From Ranitomeya imitator (lineage: Eukaryota), in the NCBI RefSeq assembly GCF_032444005.1, contig NC_091290.1:36332001-36396000 (forward strand): a DNA stretch of 64,000 nt. Reading direction: 5' to 3'. Positions 34,640-53,545 of the stretch are shown piece by piece; the first letter of the stretch is position 1; every line of letters begins with the position of its first letter. The notes beneath the pieces are model-generated. The model was not told the DNA's origin and did not search any database. It saw nothing but the letters and a program-made list of their open reading frames with translations. The translations under genes were made by a program, and so were the position numbers.

Positions 34640-34945
34640 TAGTGATGAGCGAATATACTAGTTACTCGAGATTTCTCGAGCATGCTCGGGGGTCCTCCAG
34701 AGTATTTTTTATTGCTCGGAGATTTAGTTTTTATTGCCGCAGCTGAATGATTTACATCTGTTAGCCAGCCTAAGTACATGTGGGGGTTGCCTGGTTGCTA
34801 GGGAATCCCCACATGTAATCAAGCTGGCTATCAGATGTAAATCATTCAGCTGCTGCAATAAAAACTAAATTTCCGAGCACTAAAAAAATACTCGGAGGAC
34901 CCCCGAGCGTGCTCGAGAAATCTCGAGTATATTCGCTCATCACTA
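34640..34945. mobile_element. Palindromic hAT-type MITE, 306 bp
   Basis: TIR TAGTGATGAGCGAATATAC. Perfect 8-bp TSD TTCCTATT (34632-34639 and 34946-34953). Confidence 0.9.
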
Positions 34946-36079
34946 TTCCTATTCTGTTCTGGAGCCAATACGCCATACTCATCAGCGACTGCTACAGTGG
35001 ATGGAGCTGTGCTGATCCTTTCAGTGCTTATATCCAACCACTACCAAAGTAGATATCATCTGCTGTTGATGACCATCAATATTACAGTATTCATCCAGAC
35101 AACCCCTTTTAATGTAATTGGGGTGGTGGGGGGGATGCAACATTTCTACGATTTGATAAAATCATGTTTCTTGACAGCTTTGCAAACTGCCATTGTAGAG
35201 TAACATTATTCTCCAATGACCATTGGATCTCATAGATAAGGACAGTACATGGTGCATAATCCAGGCCTCTACATGTGATCGGCGTAGACATAAGCTTACA
35301 GAAATCCACCACTTGTTTTCTCCTTACATTCGGCATAGAGTCAGCAAGTAATGGACCAGAACGTCACCAAATGTGTAGTATCTTCATATTAAGTATTACA
35401 CATGAGCAAACCTGGGTTTGCAAAATAAAAGTGCACCTTCAAATTACAACGGCCCCTTCCCACCATGGCCAGCACCTGCAATTATCCATAGTGTTTTAAA
35501 ACTAAATTAATGAGCAAACAGTTTACTCCTAGTAAAGAAACGGTAGATTCCCAAAATGGACTGAAAATCCCACATTTTCGGGGGAAATCGTCACTTGGAC
35601 AGATTCTTAAAAAATAAATTGATTGCTGTAAAGTTCTACATGAAGAGTAAGAGAGGGACACGGAACACTAAGTCATCATCCAGGAACTGAGGGATGTGCC
35701 CTATTGCTTACTTATGGGAGCAAGGTTATGGCTCAAGAGTATGTCTGACGGATGGAAGGACTCCCGGCAATTCTTCCTATGGCTTATCCTACCATAGGAT
35801 ATCAGAACATTGCTAAATTAAATTAAAAATAACTAAAAGGCTTTGATGCCACATAGCTGATACATACATCTTCTTGCTATGTCTGCCAGCGTCCATGTAT
35901 GTCCACTTGCATACATGCCTGCACCAATTCTGCCATATCTTCCTTAACAGTCTATAATGCATTACGGGAAGAATGTATGCATGGAGAATAAACATTGCTC
36001 GTCCTATACATTCACTATGAACTCCCAGCTTGCATCCTCTGGGTCTTTACTAGGAAAGTACATAGGGATTTCATCTACC

Positions 36080-42649
<6,570 letters not shown>

Positions 42650-44247
42650 TATAAAGAAGTGTTCTGTGAAAAGAAAGGAATGTTTCTTAATATTTGAAAA
42701 TAAAATACATTCTAATCATTCCTTACGTGAATCTTGTCCACTATATCAGTTTTGTTTGTACACATATATGAGGAACACATCCCAGGGCTTGCAAAAATTT
42801 GCAAATAGTATTATGAATAGTTTTGCTTTATGTATGATGGAAGTATTCACATTGGCCTGTTCCCACATAGCAGCTTAATAAATGTACTAAGGTTTACATT
42901 TAATAAGTAACAGGTGAACCTAAACACCTTTTTAGTCTGAGAATTGAAAAAAATATGGCTGCTGTGTTCCAAAAAAAACAGTGCAATACCTATCCGTAAG
43001 TTGTGTGTAGTGTAGCGGCTAGGCACTATTGCGCTAAATGTCAGACACAAAGCCATAGGCCGGTGTGGTATTGCTCCTGGAAGAATGCAGTTACGATATG
43101 TTTCTCGCATCCTGGAGCCTAGGTGTTCACAAGACTCCTATCTGGTGCAGATTTTAGTGGTTGATTTCCAAACTAAAATACCATGTCTGCATCTAAAATC
43201 CACACACATTTTCTGCATTTATTCATGCGTTTTCAACTGAGTGTTTTGTTGTGGAAATGCATTAAAAAAATTGGAGTAAAAATAATGTCATGCTGGTGGA
43301 TTAAGAGTCCCCATTTAAATCAATAGGTAAAATCTGTGCATTTCCGCAACAGAAATTGACATGCTGCAAATTACAAAAAAAAAAAAAAAACACAACAAAA
43401 TACAAATTTCCAAGATGATTTTGCACCAAAGAAAAAAATGAAAATGAAATATGGGCGAGAGTAAATGGATAGCCTACTAATTGCAATGCAAAGTCATATT
43501 CACATATTTTTTCCCTATCCATTTCCTTGAACAGTGTGCAGGTATTTACACAGGTTTATCCAGTAGCAAAACAATGGGTGAAATTTATATCAAAAAGGAA
43601 AAAACAGACGGCGCATGCAGTAGATTTACATTTCTGTGGCATGCTCTTTTGCAGTTTGTTGAAGATTTTCGGGATAGATTCCTATGGTGCATTTAGTATT
43701 CAGTGCAGCAGAATTTGCACCAAAATCAAGGCGTACTGCTTGCAGCATTTTTTACAGATTTGGTGCATTTTTTCACCCTTTCCATTAAGAAGGATGAAAT
43801 CCGCAGTGATTCGGCACCAAGAATTCCCATGCTGTATACTTTAAAATCTACGACGCAGTTCAATTTCCATGCAGAAATTTTCTGCAACGTGTAAATTAAA
43901 TTTTTTTTTTTGCAATCTCATATACTTCACTCGTCCTGTATTACGCTGCAGGGTTTCTGCAAGCAAATCCGCACCAAATACACAAGATGTGATCCTACCC
44001 TTAGTGCAACACCTGTACCAAAAATCTAAAACGACCTGCAAAAAAGCATGTCGCAAAAATGTAAATCTACGGCAAAGGTAAACGCAGCATAAAGGGACTT
44101 ATTTCCCCTGCAATGAGTGTGCAAGAAAGATGAGCAGTTGGCTGCTGTCCTTGGAAATATTAACAGATCATTGGAGGTCTCTGTAGCAGAACTCCCCTTG
44201 ATCTTAGCCAGTCATCAGGGGGTCATGGTGCAGACACGTTCATTTAA

Positions 44248-44599
44248 AGAGAACCTGTCAAGTCAAAAGTGGCCAGTTTTTGCTCCCCCGAGTATTCTGT
44301 ATTTTTCGTTTTAAAAATCGGTTCCAGAGATATGGGCCTTTTTATTTAGTGCACCCAATATGACAATTTTCATGGTCTTTACTGATAAGGTGCAACTCCC
44401 AGGATCCTCAGGGGTGTGTCTTTAGTCTGCTCTGCACTATTACCCATGAGTCACGCCCCTTTGGTAAAGACCGTAAAAATTAAAATACTCTGAGGAAAGG
44501 CCCATATCTCTGGAACTGTATAGAAGGTTTTAAAATAAAAAAAATGGAATACTCAGGAAGCAGCACTGCACATTTCTGAGCTGGCGGCAGGTCCTCTCT
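44248..44599. mobile_element. Degenerate T2/Kolobok-type MITE
   Basis: TTAA|AGAGAACCTGTCA ... GGCAGGTCCTCTCT|AA. Confidence 0.5.
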
Positions 44600-47394
44600 A
44601 AGACAGTGCCTTGCTGTTAAAGGGATTGTCCGGTCTAAACTGTATGGGGTTCGAATAATCATTAAGTGCCCATACAGTTTAGACACACGATATGCGGCCG
44701 GCAATGATGATTTTTAGGTCCCCATACACTACTGAATCAGCTGCTGAATGCAAATTTTGCTCATTCACCAGATGCACACTTTTAATTGTTGCAAGTAAGC
44801 ATTTATATGGGCAGGCAACGTAGAGGGGTCTGAAGTCCATTCAGATTACATGTGTCCCAAAGTCTCCTGGTCCGGCAACCCTTACCTCGTGCACATGACC
44901 AACCACCTGCTGACGGCAGGCATATCGTGTTGGATTTTGGAAACAGAAGCAAAGGCAGAAAATAATTCAATTTTAAAGGGTTGCTCCACTACTTTTCTTG
45001 ATGACCTATCCTTACGACTGGTCATCAATATCTGGATCTGCAGTAGCCGGCAGCAGCAGCTACACAACTGCTAGCATCGAGAACAGCCGATTGGTGAGAG
45101 TGATGGGAGACGGACCCCCACCGATCTGATATTAATTACATGATCATCTTTTTTTTTCCATCTGAAATCAGGTAAAAATACTTTTTCTAACTTTTCTAAA
45201 GTGTATAGCAAGTAACCTAATATCTGTGGATACCTGTACCAAAGTCAATGCACCGAAACAAGCCACAGGTAAAAGATATAATAGGCAGAATGTACTGTAA
45301 AAAAGTAAACTTGTGACTATGGAAACTCCAAAATAAAAAAAAAGTCTAATTCAGGTAGCAGCCGGTTGTGGAGGAATGTCAGGACTCCTATTGTACATTG
45401 TTTGGGGCAGGCAGAACAGCCACTAACTATATACTGTAGGAGCAAATCACTAAGACGACTGTAGACAAATCACCAGGACTCAAAATAATAAAAAGAAACT
45501 ATCCTAAGATTATATTATACAAGTTTATTCTTAGGAAGAGGGGGAAAAAAAACAAATCAGAGGAGGTAACCAAGAAGAGATCGTGACCTTTGCACTGGTA
45601 AAGCCTCATGCACCAGTGTTTAGTTAGACTGGTTTAGCAATAACCTAAGGGTGTAAAGGACAGAAACAGAAGCACAGTTGTAGCAACACAACTATGTTGA
45701 TGCGTTACACAGGAGATAAATCGAGCAAGAACTGAAAAATTGACCGGATTTGTTTTTAGAAAACAAGTGGTAAAATGTTGGAGCGGAACACAACAAGGAC
45801 TGGACTAGACGTAAGTGTCGGGGACTCCAAGCATTGCCGTATAATAGGGTTACAATATTACAAAGTTACAAAATGTGTAAATATATCAGAAAGCAACACA
45901 TTAGTTTATAAGAGGAAACTAACAAAGTAATGAAACTGGAACACAGGAAGAATAGAAATTAGGCAACTGGTCAGTTTAACCTTTGGCCTGTACCCCTCCC
46001 CGCTTTTACAATATATCGGCTCACCGAGCGTAGTTCCTGAGTACATAAACTTTACGATGTATTTAGCCTCATTGCCTGCACTTTATTATATACTAATAAT
46101 GAACAAAAAAAAGAACATGGCCTGATGGAAACTCACAAGAAGATACACATGAAGGCAACACTACTACTCCCGCTGTGGTGGGTCACACACCGTTTGTCGA
46201 CAGGTGGTCGGCTGGTCTTGGCTGACAGTCGTTATAAGAGACGTAACATCTGTAGACAGAAAAACACAAAGCATGAATGTACAGGAGATCCATAATATAT
46301 GTTATTATTATGCTTGCTTATTGCTGACTTATTCTGCAGCCCTTTACAGACATCGTCAAGCTCTTAAAATTCTGATAACGACCATAATAAAGTTATTCCT
46401 TGCGTCGTCCTTTTTGTTTCTCCCGTTAGGCAATTTCTTAATTATAGCCCATTTTGGTAAACTGAATTCATACAAATATGTCAGCTCTTACGATGCTGGC
46501 CACCCAGCTTTCTCAGACTTCTGCAGAAGAAGGGAACGTAGCACGACATGTGTTGGAAGGTTCCCATCTAGGAAATCTAACTCACTAATATGAGAGCTAT
46601 AATAGTAGTAAGTCATACAACTTTCCCCAAGTATGGAAATAGTTAATAGTCAAATAGGTTTAACAACTTGACTAAGGCGGACAAAGAATTATAATTAGTG
46701 TGATTTGAGATTTTAGAGGTTAATGCATAAAAGCACACCGAACCATCTCAACTGCGAGGAGCGGGAATCCGGAAAGTATAAATACTACTTAAATAGAATG
46801 ATATATAATGACATTTCTAGCTAGACAAAATGTGATCCATGTTCATCTCTCACTTTACATATAACTGCATCTGATCAGAGCCCTGAGCTGCAGCCACGTA
46901 CACTGACCCACGTCTCCAAAATCCCAATGACCTTGCTTCAAAGTCACTACATGTTTCCAAGAAGAACGAGCGAGCGCAGTACAAGGATAATGTGATCATC
47001 GAGGACTGGATGTAATCTACATGGATAATTAGTAATGTACCCCTACACGGCAGTCTATATCAATCCATGGCAAATGGTAATAAAACATATATTTGTCCAT
47101 ACGGTAAACACACATATATTACCTATACACACATGCAAACATATATACACACACACACTATGTACCGTATATATTCCTTTACATAGTGAACGGTCCAATA
47201 TAAATGAATGGTTTGAATGAATCTCTACAGATTAGAGACATGATAAACCGTCTCAGTCTTGTTACACATGACTAGAAATGCCCTGACATTTGTCCGTGTG
47301 ATCCTTCATAAAAAGTTTTGGCACAACATTGTAATAATTGAAATAATGCAAAAATGGCACAAAGAGCTTTGATACATAAGAGACAAAAGACTAA

Positions 47395-49152
47395 ATTAAA
47401 TATATATACATAAAAATACATACAGTTATACACATACATATTTACACATACATACACTATACAAGCCTTTTACATATTACACATACATACACTATACATG
47501 TTACACATACATACACTATACATGTTACACATACATACACTATAGACACATTACACATATTATACATACACACACGACACATTTATACACTATACACATT
47601 ACATACACTATAGACACGACACATATACATACACTATACACACTACACATACATTATACACATATATACACTATACACACAGTACACATATTATACATAC
47701 ACTATACACACAACACATATTACACATACATACATCATACATACACTAGACATACATTACACATACATACATACACATTACACATACATACACTATACAT
47801 ACATTACACATACATACACTATAGACACATTACACATACATACACTATAGACACATATTATACATACACTATGCACACATTACACATACATACACTATAC
47901 ATACATTACACATACATACAGTATACATACATTACACATACATACACTATACATACATTACACATACATACACTATAGACACATTATACATACACTATAC
48001 ATACATACACTATAGACACATATTATGCATACACTATACATACATTACACATACATAGACTATAGACACATATTATGCATACACTATACATACATTACAC
48101 ATACATACACTATAGACACATTATGCATACTCTATACATACATTACACATACATACACTATAGACACATATTATGCATACACTATACATACATTACACAT
48201 ACATACACTACACACATATTACACATACATACACTATAGACACATTATACATACACTATACATACACTATAGACACATATTATGCATACACTATACATAC
48301 ATTACACATACATACACTATAGACACATATTATACATACACTATACACACATTACACATACATACACTATAGACACATTACACATACATACACTACACAT
48401 ACATACATTACACATACATACACTATAGACACATTACACATACATACACATATTATACATACACTATATACACATTACACATACATACACTATACACACA
48501 TTACACATACATACACTACACATACATACACTATACACACATTATACATACATACATACACTATACATACATTACACATACATACACTATACACACATTA
48601 CACATACATATATACACTATACATACATTACACATACATACACTATACACACATTACACATACATACACTATACACACATTACACATATATACATAACAC
48701 ATACATACAGTATAGACACATATTATACATACACTATACATACGTTACACATACATACATACACTATAGACACATATTATACATACACTATACATACATT
48801 ACACATATTATACATACATTACACATATTATACATACATTACACATATATACACTATACATACATAACACATACATACAGTATAGACACATATTATACAT
48901 ACACTATACATACATTACACATACATACATACATACACTATAGACACATATTATACATACACTATACACACATTACACATAAATATACTATACATACATT
49001 ACACATAAATATACTATACATACATTGCACATACATACACTATACACACATTACACATAAATATACTATACATACATTACACATTATACATACACTACAG
49101 ACACATTACACATATTATACATACACTACAGACACATTATACATATTACACA
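47395..49152. repeat. ~1.75-kb low-complexity CA/TA (purine-pyrimidine) tract
   Basis: Imperfect repeats of TACACATACATACACTATAGACACAT. Confidence 0.95.
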
Positions 49153-49169
49153 CAATATTATCCATACTA

Positions 49170-49950
49170 TATAATTGTGAGTCCCTATAACGTGGACACA
49201 CGTGCACAGCCCATCCCTGGCCGTCCATACACTTGTGCACACACTGTCACCACAGTCCCCACTCGTGCCATAACTCACGCCAGGCTCCTGTGTCGCTGCC
49301 CGTGGCCCCGGCTCAGGACACTCACTCTCCCCACTCGTGCATACCTTGTGTGTGCGTCTCCTCCCGTGCAGGCTGCTGTCCGTGCACACAGTAGTGTAGG
49401 ACACGGCAGAGGACGCGGCTCACACTCACACACACTCCGTGTCACACACTCACACACTTCCTACACTGGCTCCTCCTCCCGCGGGGAAGGGGCGTGGCCG
49501 GGCACGCTGAGCAGCCGCACTGCCGCCGCCGAGTAGTGTCCGGCATTGGCGGCCGGTGCGGTGCGCGGAGCTGACTGGCTGCGGTCCGGCTTCATTACAT
49601 ATGCTATGAGGGGGGCACGATGGATAAATATCTCCGTGTCCTGCGCCGGGGCCGGCGGGGGCTGTGTGCAGCGGGCACAGACGGCTGGTGCAGTAGTGTC
49701 CCCGGCTCTGAACGACCTTGTGTGCGACCTTGAGGCAGAGTGAAGTCACCGTGCAGCTCCCGTCACTCCTCCTCAGCCTCCCTGTGGTCACAAGTTTGTC
49801 AGTGACACTGCGGTGACCTTCAGCAGCTGATCCGCGCCGTCTGCCAGGGAGACGGCAAACAGCGTTACAGGCAGAGGAGTACCATGTCCTTCATGTCACC
49901 TCTACCGGGAGAAGAGCCCCCCGCAGCCCAAACACGTCCGGAGAGAACTG
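49170..49950 (-). promoter_or_regulatory. ESRRA: CpG-rich putative ESRRA promoter and non-coding exon 1
   Basis: High CpG density, a GC box GGGCGTGGC near 49488 and an ETS core CACTTCC near 49455. Candidate minus-strand donors AAG|GTATGC (49344) and GA|GTGAGT (49325). ERRE-like sites at 49713-49822. The first coding exon has an acceptor, so an upstream exon is required. Confidence 0.65.
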
Positions 49951-49954
49951 GTGT

Positions 49955-52900
49955 GCTGCCCCCAGCCTGTGTGATACCCCCCCAACCTGTGCACTGCCCC
50001 CCAGCCTGTATGATACCCCCCAACCTGTATACTGCCCCCCAGCCTGTGTGATACCCCCCAGCCTGTATGATACCCCCCAGCCTGTATACTGCCCCCCAGC
50101 CTGTGTGATACCCCCCAGCCTGTATGATACCCCCCAGCCTGTGCACTGCCCCCCAGCCTGTGTGATACCCCCCCAGCCTGTATACTGCCCCCCAGCCTGT
50201 GTGATACCCCCCAGCCTGTATGATACCCCCCAGCCTGTGCACTGCCCCCCAGCCTGTACACTGCCCCCCAGCCTGTATGATACCCCCCAGCCTGTACACT
50301 GCCCCCCAGCCTGTACACTGCCCCCCAGCCTGTATGATACCCCCCAGCCTGTACACTGCCCCCCAGCCTGTACACTGCCCCCCAGCCTGTACACTGCACT
50401 GCCCCCAGCCTGTATGATACCCCCCAGCCTGTACACTGCACTGCCCCCAGCCTGTATGATACCCCCCAGCCTGTATGATACCCCCCAGCCTGTATGATAC
50501 CCCCCAGCCTGTACACTGCCCCCCAGCCTGTACACTGCCCCCCAGCCTGTATGATACCCCCCAGCCTGTATGATACCCCCCAGCCTGTATGATACCCCCC
50601 ACCCTGTACACTGCCCCCCACCCTGTACACTGCCCCCCACCCTGTACACTGCCCCCCAGCCTGTATGATACCCCCCAGCCTGTATGATACCCCCCAGCCT
50701 GTACACTGCCCCCCAGCCTGTATACTGCCCCCAGCCTGTATGATACCCCCCAGTCTGTGCACTGCACTGCCCCCAGCCTGTACACTGCCCCCCAGCCTGT
50801 GTGATACCCCCCAGCCTGTATGATACCCCCCAGCCTGTACACTGCCCCCCAGCCTGTACACTGCCCCCCCAGCCTGTATACTGCCCCCCCAGCCTGTACA
50901 CTGCCCCCCCAGCCTGTACACTGCCCTCCAGCCTGTACACTGCCCCCCAGCCTGTACACTGCCCCCCAGCCTGTATGATACCCCCCAGCCTGTACACTGC
51001 CCCCCAGCCTGTATACTGCCCCCAGCCTGTATGATACCCCCCAGTCTGTGCACTGCACTGCCCCCAGCCTGTATGATACCCCCCAGCCTGTATACTGCCC
51101 CCAGCCTGTATACTGCCCCCAGCCTGTACACTGCCCCCCAGCCTGTACACTGCCCCCCAGCCTGTACACTGCCCCCCAGCCTGTATACTGCCCCCGCAGC
51201 CTGTATACTGCCCCCCAGCCTGTATGATACCCCCCAGCCTGTACACTGCCCCCCAGCCTGTATACTGCCCCCGCAGCCTGTATACTGCCCCCCAGCCTGT
51301 ATGATACCCCCCAGCCTGTATACTGCCCCCGCAGCCTGTATACTGCCCCCCAGCCTGTATGATACCCCCCAGCCTGTATACTGCCCTCCAGCCCGTACAC
51401 TGCCCTCCAGCCTGTACACTGCCCCCCCAGCCTGTATGATACCCCCCAGCCTGTATACTGCCCCCCAGCCTGTACACTGCCCTCCAGCCTGTACAATGCC
51501 CTCCAGCCTGTACACTGCCCCCCCAGCCTGTATGATACCCCCCAGCCTGTACACTGCCCTCCAGCCTGTACACTGCCCTCCAGCCTGTACACTGCCCCCC
51601 CAGCCTGTACACTGCCCTCCAGCCTGTACACTGCCCCCCCAGCCTGTATGATACCCCCCAGCCTGTATACTGCCCTCAGCCTGTGCACTGCACTGCCCCC
51701 CAGCCTGTACACTGCCCCCCAGCCTGTACACTGCCCCCCCAGCCTGTATACTGCCCCCCCAGCCTGTATACTGCCCTCCAGCCTGTACACTGCCCTCCAG
51801 CCTGTACACTGCCCCCCCAGCCTGTATACTGCCCCCCCAGCCTGTATACTGCCCTCCAGCCTGTACACTGCCCTCCAGCCTGTACACTGCCCCCCCAGCC
51901 TGTATACTGCCCCCCAGCCTGTACACTGCCCTCCAGCCTGTACACTGCCCCCCCCCAGCCTGTATGATACCCCCCAGCCTGTACACTGCCCTCCAGCCTG
52001 TACACTGCCCTCCAGCCTGTACACTGCCCCCCAGCCTGTACACTGCCCTCCAGCCTGTACACTGCCCCCCCAGCCTGTATACTGCCCCCCAGCCTGTACA
52101 CTGCCCCCCAGCCTGTACACTGCCCCCCAGCCTGTACACTGCCCCCCCAGCCTGTATACTGCCCCCCAGCCTGTACACTGCCCCCCCAGCCTGTACACTG
52201 CCCCCCAGCCTGTACACTGCCCCCCAACCTGTACACTGCCCCCAGCCTGTATGATACCCTCCAGCCTGTACACTGCCCCCCACCCTGTACACTGCCCCCC
52301 AGCCTGTATGATACCCTCCAGCCTGTATGATACCTTCCAGGCTGTACACTGCCCCCAGCCTGTACACTGCCCCCCACCCTGTACACTGCCCTCCAGCCTG
52401 TACACTGCCCTCCAGCCTGTACACTGCCCCCCAGCCTGTACACTGCCCCCCAACCTGTATGATACCCTCCAGCCTGTACACTGCCCTCCAGCCTGTACAC
52501 TGTCCCCCAGCCTGTATGATATACCCTCCAGCCTGTATACTGCCCCCCAGCCTGTACACTGACCCCCAGCCTGTATGATACCCTCCAGCCTGTACACTGC
52601 CCCCAGCCTGGGTGCTGCCCCTTATCCTGTACGCTGCCCCCCATCCTGTACAATTCCCCCATTCTGTGTGCTGCCCACAGCCTGTATGATACCCTCGAGC
52701 CTGTATAATGACCCCCAAGCCTGTACGATGCCACCCAGCCTGTACAATGACCCCCCTGTGCAATGCACCCCAGCCTGTACAATTCCCCCATTCTGTGTGC
52801 AGCCCCCAGCCTGTATGATACCCTCCAGCCTGTATGATGCCCCCAGCCTGTACACTGCACCCCAGCCTGTGTGCTGCCCCTTATCCTGTACGATGCCCCC

Positions 52901-53545
52901 ATCGTGTACAATTCCCCATTTGTGTGCTGCCCCCAGCCTCTATGATACCCTCCAGCCTGTACGATGCGTCCCAGCCTGTACGATGCCCGCAGCCTGTACA
53001 ATGCCCCCCAAGCCTGTAAGATGCCTCCCCAGCCTGTACGATGCCCCCCCCCAGCCTGTACGATATCCCTCAGCCTGTATGATGCCCCCCATCCTGTACA
53101 ATGCACCCCAGCCTGTACGCTGTCCCTAGCCTATACACCCCCCCCCCCCCAGTCTGAATGCGGCACCCCAGCCTGTACGCTCTCCCCCAGCATGTATGAT
53201 GCCCCCCAACTTGTACAATGCCCCCCAGCCTGTAAACTGCACCCCATCATGTATGCTGCCCCTAGCCTGTGAACTGCCCCTATCCTGTATGCTGCCCGCA
53301 TCCTGTACGCTGCCTCCCTTCCTGTATGCTGCCCCCAGACTACGTTGCCCTCCCATCCTGTACACTGCCTCCCATCCTGTATGCTGCCCCCAGACTACGT
53401 TGCCCTCCCATCCTGTATGCTGCCTCCATCCTGTATGCTGCCCCCCAGACTGTACGTTGCCCCCTTCCTGTATGCTGTCCCCCAGCCTGTACGCTGCCCC
53501 CAGCCTGTGCACTACCCCTAACCTGTACGTTGCCCCCAGCCTGTA
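49955..53545. repeat. C-rich (+) / G-rich (-) minisatellite, ~17-19 bp unit, ~200 copies
   Basis: Unit CCCCCCAGCCTGTA(CACTG/TGATA). Homogeneous to ~52610, then progressively degenerate. Confidence 0.97.

Noticed and set aside
49865-53106. Long ORFs of 910, 953, 573 and 476 aa (QAGG / TGWG / VYRL repeats)
   Set aside because: They are translations of the ~18-bp minisatellite, open in several frames and on both strands, with no domain content.
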